Below, in pieces: positions 34,831 through 48,500 of a stretch of 64,000 bases of DNA (the first letter of the stretch is position 1; each line of letters opens with the position of its first letter). The stretch lies in the NCBI GenBank assembly GCA_043228905.1, contig JBHGNT010000017.1, positions 2,976,001 to 3,040,000 on the forward strand, given 5' to 3'. Source of the DNA: Azolla caroliniana. Taxonomy: Eukaryota; Plantae; Polypodiophyta. Below the pieces are notes generated by a model. That model made no database searches and was not told where the DNA came from. It worked only from the letters and a program-made list of their open reading frames with translations. Both the position numbers and the translations under genes were made by a program.

Positions 34831-37467
34831 AATGACTTTTAAAGTATATTTTTGCGGCACTCGCTCACTGCCTTTGGAACCCTTGCAATTGCGTTGGCAT
34901 GTAAGTGGAAGACTATTCCATGTGAGCCATGATAAATTACAGAGGAACAAACCATAGATAATATATTGTTCAAAAATATTTTGTACCCTTTTGGCTTAAT
35001 ACTTCTTTGATCATCTCTTTACATGCAAACAGGCATTATTCTACATGCAAGCCTGAGGACTCCTAACTTGAAAGCAAGATTAAACACATTCAGAGAAGAA
35101 TTCTAGGCACTTTGGAAACGCTATAGAGAATTTTAATTTATCATTTGGATCCACAGGTTTTCTGATTCCTTTTGTGACAATTCATTTTCTAGTCTGGTCG
35201 CAGCAGCTTCCTTGTAAATTGTTCTCTGAACATAAAGTACTTTATTTTGTTACCATGTATCATATCTGCAAAAAATCCCAAATTGAAACAATGGGGAAGA
35301 CATTCTTCTGTACTTTCTGTGGGATAAATGAGAAGGAAATATAAATGGCAAACAAATGTATGAAATTTAGATTAAAGGTTAACTTGTTAATGTTTCATAT
35401 ATATACAAAGGGAGCTTATAATTAACATACGAATAGAGAAGCTTTTGTTTTTGTTTGTGTTGAATTAAAACTTCAATCAGTTAAGCCGCTATCTCCATTC
35501 TTATAAATGTTCTACTTCAGCGATAGAGAAAGTTTATTGATCTATGCTTGGTTTCAATTGAGGATGTGTTAGAGATTGGGGTTGAACTAGATGGTTCTTA
35601 CAAGAGAATGTCTTCTCTATGCATAGTTACCAGTGGCCACTCAGCAGTCATGGATGCGACTTCGTTGTCATTCATAGTAAGGAGTGTCACAATAACTATA
35701 GAGAAGATATTATAATACATACATGAATATGTAAAATACACTAAATATTATACATCAAGATGTCAAATACTACCAGCCCTACACTGCCCATGGCTTGTTC
35801 AAGCCGTGCATTATTTACATTTTCTGGGCACGGCTATGACTAGTGGCATTAGTGACCCAACCAGAGAATAGAGAGCGTTTGCCGTGTGAATCGCACCAGT
35901 TGGTCTCAGAACAATGTATGGGCCCTTCCCACCCAAAAAACACAGTATTTTCCATGTGCACACCCATCATATATCACATCCCCTTGCCATATGCGCCTGT
36001 ATGATCTCGGCATTCGCGCAATACCTAGTCAAAGCAAGCAGCTCCCAGAGACAGCAAGTTGCCTCGTGCAGGGGCTGCCCCCATGAAAGAAATTAAGTTA
36101 AAATCATATATTAAACTGGTAAGGACAGATACTACACTTGATCTTAGCCAAAAGGCCGAGAAAAGCATGATTTGTTCTGCGCTTCTACTTCCATACTTAT
36201 ATGACGTCTTAAACGTGCTTCTGCATGTGGGATACCTGTCTCTCTCTACGACTTTGACCTTATCTAATCTTCTTCTCCCCTCACACTAAAAAACAATAAT
36301 ACCATACGTTTATAGGAGAAAAAAAAACACACAATAATACCATACAACCCAATATTTACTTCTTCACGGCAAAGACCTGGATGATGAAGTAAGCGTGGCT
36401 TTGGTACAATGATTTCTAATAGACTGTTCAAGGTGCAGCTCCTCATGCATGGGGAGGGCATGGCAGTTATTTGTTATTTTGAACATGGCTTGTTCCAAGC
36501 TGACCTATGCTAAGGACATATGTAAGCTCAACTCGTGAACATCTCACTTCAAACTTAATCTCAGGGGCATACAATCACATGAAGAGCTGTACTCAACCAT
36601 TGGCCCCAGACTCTATCATCAGGTAATTGAGTTACATTGAGCACACAACATTAATATTTCACTGCAAAATTACCTTGGGATTCTCAATTTATTAGATAGG
36701 TGGGTGGAAGAAAGGAAGTTATGAAGTGCATTGACATTATTTTAATGTGGATGAAAGGAACTTGGAAAATTTACAAACACGCTAATGGTTTGTACTCTTC
36801 TGGGATTAATTAGAATTAGATAGCTACACACATGGAAGAAAATTTCAAACTTGCTGGCATCCATTTCATTTCCCTGAAATTTGGTTGAAGTGGATAGACT
36901 AGTTTAATTAATGACCTATGGAATGTGCAAATTCATCTATATAAATGTGTATTATTAATTCTCAACCTTATGTACTGTCCGGTTAAAAAACCATCATTAG
37001 CAAAAAAAAGTAGAGAAGTTCAATTTTAAATATTAAGGTATACAATAGACCGATACAATCTTTTAGGCATATAATAGAACAAGTTGAGATTCGGTCTCAT
37101 TAATCATTTAGGTAAAACATTGGCTTATTGAAGACTACCCAGTTATTACCCATAAACTTAGTTATACATTTACTATATTTTATTATGACAACTACTCTTG
37201 TCTCCCCTTCCCCAACTGATTGATTGCGAACCACCACATTAATTTGGGATCTACTTCCCCTAGGAGAACTGGAAAATTAAAATCGCACGATTTTTATGAG
37301 TCCTGTCATAGCCACACTGAGAAGTTAGAGCAAAAATCTGACGGGAAAATATGCATCCTGCTAAACTCCCAACAAATTTGTGAATTTCTCACCTAATTCA
37401 CATTCAGAAGTTGGAAAAGAATGCAAAGCAAATGTTCCAAAGGAATATATTTTGGAAGATTATTACC

Positions 37468-40400
37468 TCAACCAGTGTTTTGCATGCCAGCAGCAATTCC
37501 TTTCATGGTAAGAATGAGGGTATCTTCAAGACCAGGGCCATATTCGCTGGTTGGATTAAGAGTCACAAGCTCAGCAGCGCTGGTTTTTGTCTTTATGACT
37601 GAGGGGCCTGGCCTAACATTACCTTCACGAATCTTTCTCAGCGTGTATGCCTGTTGCAAGTTCAAAGTAGTAATAAATGGATCTCTCAATGTCAACCGTT
37701 GTTTCAAGTATGGATTACCCTCTAAAAGCTCTTTATGCCCTGCCACCTACAAACAAAATTTACAAAGCACCCCACAAATTAATATGAAAAACCAATCGCA
37801 GAATATGTTTATCATAGAACACAAGCAAGTTAACGTGTTGTGCAGCAATAACAAGTACCTGAAGAAGCAGATCCTTAGTCTCCTCATATTTTGCTCTTAA
37901 TATGTCACCAAAATATTTAAGCTCATCACTCACTAGAAGTTTATCATAGATAGCAGCAATACGAGGATCTCCTTTAGCAAAGACCATCTCCACAAGATCT
38001 ATTGTGACTCTGAAAAATGGCCACTCGTTGTACATCTCCTGAAGTAGCTTCAGGTTGTTAGGATCCTTTTTAATAACAAACTTAAAAGCTTCACCGAAAC
38101 CAAGCCAGACTGGAAGGTGAAACCTAGTCTGAGTCCATGCAAAAATCCAAGGAATAGCCCTTAATGATTCAATGCCTCCACTGGGTTTCCTTTTAGACGG
38201 TCTGCTCCCTATATTCATGCGCCCATACTCAAGAGCAGGTGTTGCCTTCATTATAAACAAGAATCATATGTGGAGAGTTCAGATAAAAACAATAATAAGA
38301 CAAGATGTATGAGAACTGGATTAGATCACTATACATAGGTAACCAGACTTACAGAGTGGAAGTATTCAATGAACTTCGGCTCCTTGAACACGATTGATCG
38401 ATATTCTTCTGTTGAAATCAGAGCCATCTCGTCCATGATAGCTCTCCACTCCGGCTTTGGCTTAACAGGAGGGTGCATTCCATGTTCTAATGTTGCAGCG
38501 GTGAACCGTTGTAGAGTTCGGAAGCAAAGATGCTCCTCGCCAAACGATTGTTCAATAACTTCCCCTTGAACTGTGACTCTTAAAGAACCATGAATTGTAT
38601 CTGGGGGTTGAGATAGAATAGCAAGATGGGTAGGTCCTCCTCCCCTCCCCACGGTACCTCCACGCCCATGGAACATATTAAGTTTCACTCCAAACTGTTT
38701 TGCCACTTGAATCAATTCCTCTTGGCTCTTGAAAAGCTGCCATGCAGCTGACAGTCGGCCTGCATCCTTACCAGAATCAGAGTAACCAATCATAACCTCT
38801 TGTTTCCCATTAATCCTATCTCTATACCAATCAATAGAAAACAACCGTGATATGGCCGCAGGAGCAGATTGTAGATCAGCTAATCTTTCAAAAAGTGGGA
38901 CAACTCGAAGAGGCTGAGGTACTCTGCATTCTCTCTGCAATAGCTCAACAGATAACACATCAGATGGAGTCATGGCCATGGAGATGATATAAGCACCAAA
39001 GGAATCAGGGGGCAGCTCTGCTATCACATGGAATGTGCCAAGCACATCCTTTATCTCTTCAGTCTTTGGTAAGTCAGCACCAAATAAAGGGCGTTTCCCC
39101 CTCAGTTCTGATAGCAACCATTCTTGACGCTCCTCTTCAGACCATTGTTTATAAGAACCTATGCCCAAGTGATTTGTAATAGCATCCATCACATCTGTGT
39201 GCCTATCAGACTCTTGACGAATGTCTAGCTTCACAAGACTCAAACCAAAGCATGACACCTGCCTCATGAAATCGAGAAGGCTTCCATCTGCAATTGGTTT
39301 GTCACCAGTTGAGCAAAGCGATCGGTAGCAAAGCTCCAAAGGCTCGAGAATCTAAAATTTCAATATTAACCATGTATCAATAAGATATATTGAGGTCTAT
39401 GGAAACTGAGATCTGCAATGACATACAACAAGGTATCAACCTGGTCAACTGAGTTGAATATATCCTCTTCAGCTATGTCAGATTTCCCAAACGCGAGTAG
39501 GTCACGCATGTATTCACGGGTATTGTACAGTCTGTCTCTCACATTTCCTAATACAACTCGGAAAGGCTCATTTGGCGGAATTGGTTTCCAAAACTCTGCG
39601 TCAAAAGTTGTAATCAGATGATCAATTATACTAAGAGAAGTTCAAACATAGAGTTGTGGGAACATCCTTACCCATGTAGTGTTTTGCATCTTTTCGGTTA
39701 GAAGCCTCTATTTGCTGCACTCTGCCTCTGAGTTCATCACTGCAACGCCACATAGACAACTGCCAAATGTACACAAATTTCACTATATCAACCTTATGAA
39801 CACTGTAAAATATAAAATTGAAATGTAAGGCAAGAGCCAAACGTGTCAGTACAGATGGAGATGTCAATAAGTTTACACAAATTGTCATTGCTCACCTCGA
39901 ACATCAGCTCCTCAATTTGAGTGAAATACAAATTCGCAGCCATCAGCCTTGCCAGCAAACACACATCCCGTGTCACCTCAGGTGTTACACGAGGATTTCC
40001 TAAATAAGAAAAGCAGTAGCTAGTCGAATAAAAGAGTTTCTTCATCAAAAGTGAACGTTGAAAAGAAAGAAGGAAAACCAGGTATTTCTGGCATACCGTC
40101 TCTATCGCCTCCCATCCAAGAGGAAAATTGGATAAGCGGCACATTATAAGGTAGCCTCTCATCAACTCCAATGTTGCTTAGGGCTGTATCGACACGGCGT
40201 AGAAACTTGGGCAGTCCATTCCAAATCGTCTCGTGGAAATAGCTCATTCCAGCACGCATCTCGTCCTGAGGGGCAGGTGGGGTGCGTCGAATTTCATCAG
40301 TTCTAAATGCTGCATGAATCTACCAAAAGACATAATAAATCATCAGTGCTTGTTGATGACACTCCACAATTTCGGAATTTCATCTGCTGATAATTCCAGA

Positions 40401-42481
40401 AGAATAAAAACTCTACCTATTAGTTGATAACCTTCTGCTAAATGCCCACTATGGTTCATAGCAAATATGATAGTTGAAAGATAAAACAAAGGGAAAAATA
40501 GAGCTCTCTCTCTCTCTCTCCCTCTCCATCTCCCTTCTCATATGAGGTTAAAAGTATATTCTTGTTCATCTTCAACTTTTAAGAATGTGGGAATTTCCTT
40601 TTTCCTTGCATGCAGAAAGTGAGGGTCATTACAAATTTTAAAGCGTGTAATAGTTTAGAGAAGAGAAGTATGCACCTCTCTTTGAAGTGCTTCATCAAGC
40701 TCTCGTTTTTCATCAGGTGTGATGCCTGGTGCATATAATTCAGACAGGCATGTGCGAATGCTGGTATGAAGTTCAAAGAAAAATATAAGAAACAGATAAA
40801 ACAGTTAGTATCCATACTGTTATAGAGCTCAAAGCATGTGCAACTTATAAAAATAGGAAATTCTGAAGCCAAACAAAACTGTTATATATCCTTACATGAA
40901 AGAGCTTAAAGCATTTGAATCTGATAAAATAGGAAACTCAAGCAAAAACAAAAGAATGGCTGCCTGTGAAAGAGCTTAGTGTCCAGCAGATGAACAAGAA
41001 GCTGACATCGGGAAACTCTTAAGCAACACAAAGAACAATTTATACTACTTAAGAGCTCAAAGTTCAAACAGAAGAATATATGACAACGGAAGTACGAAAC
41101 ACGAAGCAAAAACAAAGAATGACAGCTTTAGATCGCGGTTAGGGTCCAACATAATAGTATAAGAAACTGAAACACATAACTCTGAAGCAAAACAAATAGA
41201 GACTTGTAGTCTGAAAAATAATGCTTACCGGCCATGTTTCTGGAGTAATGACCTCCGAACCGATTGTGTAGGATGGGCAGTCAACACCAGATCCACTGTC
41301 TGGCATTTCAAAGCTTCAAAGACTTGTTTAGGAGACTTCTGAAGATCGTAAACAAGCCTTCTGAAGGTCTCATCAATATCAGACTCTGTGAGAGCACAGT
41401 TCTCATCACCTAAATCTCCAGTCTTGTTCTTGAGTCTTCGTCGGAATGCAATCTGAACTTCTTCAGCCAAGTTTCCGAGGTTAAGCATATGGGAGAAGGA
41501 GCTAGAGACAACTATGGAGCTCCCTGGGTCAAGACTGTTCAAGATATTGGCTAAATCATCAAGCTTTTCTGCATCTAGATGGCCTTCAGAGCTTCCATAC
41601 TCTCCTGCAAGCTCGTAGCATCTTTGAACCTGAAGGGAAAGGAAAGACATTCATGAGAAAAAAGCTCATCCAATCATTTTGATTCACATGCTCAAATCTG
41701 AAATACAAACATGGAGACTTTCCAAAAGAAAACTGAAGCAATTCATGCAAAAGGCTATCAAAACATTAAAATATTCATCCATATGCAAGAATCTGTGAAA
41801 TAGATTAGGATTCTGACAATAAAACAGAATTCATTCATGAGAAAAGGTCAATCGAAACACAAATATATCTATTTAATCTGATATCCTTAACGAGAAAACT
41901 GAGGCTTTCATTAACCAAACTCGTCAGAACACGGCCATTTCCATTCCATCCGGGAAACAAAGAGATTTGAGTATTTCTGACGATAAATACATAAAACAAT
42001 CTGCGATTTCCAGAGCCAGATTGAGATTTTTAACTATAATAAATAAAACAATCATGCAAAAGATTCATGGAACGATCAAACTATCCGCCCCATCTCATCT
42101 CATTCGAGGATCAAAACGAAGAAACTGAGGATAACGACAAGGAAATTGTTGTTGAAAAAGTACTGTGCCGCAGAATGTGTGTGTGTGTGGGAGTGTGACT
42201 GTGAGTGTCAGAGAGAGAGAGAGGGAGGGAGAGAGGGAGAGGGAGAGATTTATAATAATATCAACAATTACCGTTTCTTTCATGTCCTCGCCATGGAGAT
42301 CTTGAAGGATATCGAGGAAACGATCAAGTAGCAGAAAGTCATATTCAACTAGCTTATCATCTTCAGAGACACGATCAGGAACGAGCTGCCGCATGTGGGC
42401 GTCCAAAGACTTGGAAGAAACGAGAGCACTTCTGGTTCCATTGATACTGTCGCTGCTAGAGCCATGGTTTATCTGATCCAT
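37468..42481 (-). CDS. PPC: Plant-type phosphoenolpyruvate carboxylase, 10 exons, 976 aa
   Basis: Exons 42481-42272, 41629-41229, 40760-40676, 40319-40097, 39999-39896, 39759-39672, 39595-39441, 39351-38353, 38245-37859, 37746-37468, all GT-AG, 2931 bp in frame. Motifs [46 protein letters not shown] and C-terminal MQNTG. Confidence 0.97.
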
Positions 42482-45255
42482 AATTACAACAGAGAAAGGA
42501 GAAGAAGAAGAAGAAGAAGAAAAGAAAGAAGCAATGTGATCAAGGAGTAAAGCGATGGATGATCGATCTCTCTCAGAAGAAAGCTTAGATGAAGATCGAT
42601 CTCAGAAAAATCGATCTAAATTAAAAATAAGCTCGACTGATTGACTGATTGACTGACAGACAGACAGACTCTCTCGCTCGCTCGCGCTATCTATATATCT
42701 ATCTATCTCTTTCTGTCTCCTCTCCCCCACCCTTCTCGCTGGTGTGTGGGTCGCCTTTATAGAAAAAGCTGCATCAGCCAAATTTAGGGAAAGTTCAAAA
42801 GGGTCCAAAAAGAGATTCTTTACAGTGTGTGTGTCTGTGTCTGTGTCTGTGTGTGTCTACTTTCTTTTTCACTTTGATCTCAGCTAGTTACTGCTCCAAG
42901 GTCAGGTGATGGAAAATCACGCTACACAAGAGCCAGGCTGAGCAGAGGATCAGCAGATTTGATTGTCTTGGAACTGAACCCTGAAGAAGGAAAAGGAAAA
43001 GGGGTGGACAATGTGAAGAAGGAAGGATGGGGCACAAATTGGATATGAAGAAGGGAAATGGAGGAGTTAAAAGCAGAAAGCAGAAAGCAGGGAAGCTATG
43101 GCGATTGGAAGAAGAAGAAGAAGAAGAAAGGACTGAAAGTAGAGAGAGAGTGTGAGTGAGAGAGAGAGTGTGTGTGTGTGTGTGTGTTCAGACAGACAGA
43201 CAAGAGAGAGAGAGAGAGAGAGATGAAGAGGGTGGAATTGCTTTCTGCGTTTTTTGCTTTTTCGTGTCTTTTGGGATGCTTTCTTCACATAATAATAATA
43301 ATAATAATAATAAAGCATATTATTATATGTATTGGCTTTAGAAGTTTCTAGACACCTACCTACCTCCTCCTTCTTACATTCTCTCTCTCTCTCTATCTCT
43401 CTCTTCTCTCTCTCCTGAGTACATTATGTACATACATTACATATGTTACTACATATGTATATGTACTGGATCTTCTGCTGCTTTCCTTCTGTTTTTTCTT
43501 CTCTTCTGGCCACTACCAACTTAACTAAGTCTACTACTCCTCTGTCAGCATATGCTCAGGAATATACACCCACATATTCACATGATGTGTGTGTTTTTTG
43601 GAATCTTGGGCATATACATATATGATATACACACATACATACATTTTATATGTACATATATGTAAATTAAATTATGTGTGTTTGTGTATATTGTAATGTA
43701 ATTAATTGTATGTGTGTGTGTGTATTATTATATGTAGTACATATATGATGGTTGTAGTGTGTGTGTGTGTGTGTGAGGGATATATATTAAGTTGCATGCA
43801 TGTGATGATGGTGGGGTGGGGTTAATCTTTATTCTATACCACCTGCATTGCTATGGACTCTCTCTCGTCGCAATGAATCCACGAGGGCCTTTCGAAAATG
43901 TGGGGGGTTGGGTGGTGTCTAGAAGAACTCCATGGACCACACACATTGGTAACATCTACCTCTCTTGAATGAATGTAGACATAAAAAAAATAAGAAATAC
44001 ACTTTCGTGAACTGCACTCATATGACAACATGCGCTCACACATGCGCAACACATGCACGCACGTGCATGCGTGTGTGCGCTCTCTTTGGGATCACTTTAA
44101 AATAAAATAAAGACACGCATAACTTTTCACTTTATGTGATGCAAGCTAATGTGTGCAGCTAAAAAGAGGGTCGAGAAGTTGCGTTATCGATATCGACCTT
44201 CAACCCTATCTGTGTTCTTCAAATGGTTTTAATTCTAATTTAGATGTAGAGTAACTATGCACGATCTGAAGTATTGGCATGAATTAACATGTTTATAAGT
44301 GGTATTTTGTTGCATCGGTGGGGTTTATACACCCAAAAATGAGTGCTCAGGTTTGGAACATTATTGAGTACACACCACAACACAAATTAGTGGCAATTTG
44401 GCAGTGTATTGTGGAACACGTGACAATGTCAAATTTTTATTCTCCAATGTGGGCCAATCTGATGAAATATAAGGACGCCCATTGACAAATATGGTGCCAT
44501 TGGCTACCAAAGTCTCTTGCTTGTGTTGCAGTATATCTACATCTTATCCAATAATCACATTTGAGAGCTTTTGGCTAGCCACGTGGATTTATGCAAACCC
44601 CGCCCCCTTCGTTGAGAATTTGTTAGACAGTTTCTTTTTTTCATCAATTTATCGAGGCTCATACCACATCTTCTTTCATGGCCCACTTAGATTGTTCATC
44701 TCACTCATCGCATTTATCGTTTCTTATCACCTATCTATGTGGTTTCATTCTTGTTTCGGTAGCCCTTTGATTTTCTTTCTCTTTCATAAAAAGATTCCAT
44801 AAAAGCTTCCACCATTGAGAAGCCAACCTTGACGAATCTAATTGTTTTTCATTGACTAGCAGACATTACATACACTCAACTAAATACATTACATTTAGCT
44901 TGGGACCCACAAATAACACTTATATCATGTCTTCACAAGTGCTTTTATCATTTGTTGTCCGCATGTAACCATTACTCTCCACGTTAGATCCTATCACATG
45001 TTTTTTACAAGTCAATAAACCACACTTTTTTTAATGGATTGTCCACGAATAAGGTGAGCAATCTTGGAAGACGGCTTCAATTTTTGTCAGACCTCGGCAA
45101 GAAGAATAGTCCAAATCGCACCGTTTTTTTACTTTTATTGTCAAAGAAGCCAATAAGAAATGTAATTTGTCTAAAGCCACACAAACATCAGGAGCCTTCA
45201 ATTTCCTAAAAAACCGTCGTTCAAATAAGATTTTTTCTTTTAGGGATATTTTCAA

Positions 45256-45529
45256 GGGAAAAGTACCAGGATACCCCTGGAAGTTCGTCTATTTACCAGA
45301 ATGTCCCTGGAAGTTCCAAATTTACCAAACTACCCCTATGTCCAGAAAATTACGCTTTATAAAGTAATTATACACTCAAATCTACAAGCCCTATTTACCA
45401 AATATTTGAGTGTATAATTACTTTATAAAGTGTAATTTTTTGGACATAGGGGTAGTTTGGTAAGTTTGGAACTTCCAAGGGCATTCTAGTAAATAGACAA
45501 ACTTCTAGGGGTATCCTGGTACTTTTCCC
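45256..45529. mobile_element. Mutator-like MITE (274 bp)
   Basis: TIRs of about 125 bp starting gggaaaagtaccaggatacccct. Perfect 9-bp TSD TATTTTCAA at 45247-45255 and 45530-45538. Confidence 0.93.
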
Positions 45530-48500
45530 TATTTTCAATCCTACTTTCTAACAAGTGCCCCAACACATATAAAAAGTATATGTGACCCATAATACCATAT
45601 CATGTAGAAATTATGTGAAAGAAAAGTTGTTTTTCACCCTAATAATAAGTCATGGCTTTTCCAAGGGAGAGGTAGCAACAATAAGCCCCCATTCCAATTA
45701 CAACAATACCCATAAGTTTTTAAAACTACCAAATACACTTAATGGTTTTTAGGGGCACCCTCGTAGTGGTTGAAAACCTAGAGATGAGGTTCACAAATAC
45801 TCAACAAAGTTGGTTGTGTATTAAGGTTGAAAACAAACGCTCCCTATTATCCTTCTTTAATCACAATCATGACCAATTGGCCAATGAGCACCTCATAGAA
45901 TATATGTTTTGAAATGTACACATGTTGTTTTCCATATTTTTATGTAATTGGATGGGGGATATTTACAGAATATTCCGTGAAACTAGAGTACCGACACTTA
46001 AACCTACATGCACTATTGATGTTTCCCTTGCCATGAAGATTCTATCCAAAGTTATCCCCTTGTGCCTCCCTATTAAGTCAAAAAGCAAATACACCCCACA
46101 CCCTTAAAAATTAATGGCATAGTGATGTTTAACGAAAAAATTGGATACACCATAAATTTACCTAACATATGAGCCCGGCATTCTCTTTTGTTGTATGGGA
46201 CGCATGAGTGATTCATGCTAGTTTATTGACCTTTGTAAATTATAGTTAGTTGCCAATGACAGTCCTATGAGTGTTTAATAAAATGTTAGATTCTCATACA
46301 AGCAACAACATATAACCAAGTTCATGGTCCAACACATGTGTACCATCACACAAACAAATAGAAATTTGATGCTCTATCATAACAACGATCATTTGTCTAT
46401 CAATAATCGAAGGTAAGGCCAAAATCCCAAAAGAATGCACAAGTTTGTTTCAACCTTTTCTAGGTTATGACATGCCATGTTTTGTTAGAAATTTTCCAAT
46501 GTGAAATTACTCCCTTTGATCAAAGCACATATCTCTTGTCAAACACGTTTTCTCTCACATTTGGCATATCGTTGTGTCCATTGGGATTATTCATGAAAGT
46601 GGGATTATTCATGAAAGAACGAGTCTCACAATAGAGTGGAAAGGTAATTCATTAACCAAAACACCATGGTAACCCAAACCTAGTCCTCTCATACGAGGGT
46701 GAGCTTTAACTCAAATTTTGTGAAGCAAACACATGCCATCACATGGTTGTTAAGTTGCTCAAATCGGTTTCTTAGAAAAATGAACAACTTCATATTGATT
46801 TAACATCCATTTGTTATAAAAAATGCTTATCGTTCATCTCCTTCTGCAATTTCGATTAGTCTCATTGATAACTTTATACAAGGTTTGAAGCATGAAGCAT
46901 AATGTCCACTACAATCTATCACGTCTGAGTAAATGAGTGGAAACACATATTGCGTATTTGAGCCTGTAAACTGCACTTTTGATACAACTTATTAAATTCT
47001 AAAGTGAAGCCTTTGTTCTTTATATTTCTCCATTTGAATGTTTCACTTATTTTTGTTACAATATATCATGTTTTTTTTCCAAAAACAAAACTCCTTTTAT
47101 TAGTTATAAAATTTTACAACTAAGAATGTTATATACAAATCCTAGTAGGGACGTGATAGTTCTATCTTTTGTGGAGGTCCATTGACTCAAGGAAGGGAGA
47201 GGACGACCATTGTTGGATGAAGGCTAATCGTTGCCTTGTTACAATATATCCTTATGTGGTTGTAATTGTCTCATATCACCTTTTTGTTTTCTTTACCATA
47301 TTTTCATGTGAGGATATGTGTTCCAAGTTATAATAAGAGTTTAATTCAAGAATTTTTGTTTTAACTATTTGGAGAGACTTTTATTTTTTAGCTCATGCCC
47401 TACAGTGTGCATGTTTAACAATAACAATTGGGATGCATATAAGTCGATGCTATGATATCTAGGCGCACTAAAGGTCAGTGAGGACGCATGCATAACATTC
47501 TCAGATGACAACTTTTACAACTATTTCCTTTTCTCTCGTTGCTAAGGAATGGTATTGTTTTCAATCATTGGATTGGAAAACATGATATTGTGTAATCATT
47601 TTTGGGAGTAAATATTACAATTTGATAAGGTGATACCAACCAACATGCTAATATATATCCATAATATTAATAATGAACTTATTACCCATGCCCACTAAGT
47701 ATGTTATAAACCCAATTGGCTTAAGGCCATTATTAGACATGATAAATGATCTATTCCATGATGTAGGTGATGATTGGAATCATAATAACCCATTCGTCAA
47801 TAATCATTTATGCATACAATTTCTAATATATTTGAGATAGCATTGTAGTGGAATTGTTGGTCCCATTAACTTGGCATTGCAGTACATTCGAAGAATATTG
47901 CAAGAGTATACTATACTGGGTATTACCTACTATAGTGCAAAGTGTCCACTCATATGCCCTTAGATGTTTCTACTTTATGAAGGAAGTATTTGGCATTGTT
48001 ATAACATAAATAAATACTTTGGAAATGCTTTCCGTATTGTTTCACTTAGGAATCTAGAGGACGTAGTTTGTTAAAATATATATAAGCACCAAGTTGCCCC
48101 AAGTTGCTCAGGACAAGGAAACAACAAGCATAAAAAGTCTCAAAATCTCTCTATACATATGCATTCTCATTCCATCAACATGGCTCTTCATGGGGTTCTC
48201 TAAGAGATAATCCCATTTGGCAATTTCACACATTTCATAGAGGATTAGGAGGCTATGTACTTTTTATGGAAACTTATTGTTAGCATCTTGGACCCTACTT
48301 TAAGTTTGCTTCGTATATATTACCATCATGTACTTGGAGTATGACTCTTATATTGAAAACCAATACAACTTTGATGTAGATATATAAGATAAACTTTTAA
48401 TATGTCCTTCAATTTTACAACCAAAATTATTGAGGTATTTCTACTTGCAAATCATGTTTTCGACAAAATAATGTTTCTACTATACATAAAAGCACCCAAC

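Noticed and set aside
35796-35816. Resemblance to miR171 (agccgtgc core)
   Set aside because: Too many mismatches to the mature sequence and no proper precursor hairpin.
38125-38160. C4-type PEPC signature
   Set aside because: The diagnostic position is Ala (PWIFAWTQ), not Ser, and the malate-sensitivity Arg (KQRL) is retained.
44412-44429. cacgtgaca followed by atgt as a seventh CG-site LTR end
   Set aside because: No matching start or LTR body found, so it was not counted.
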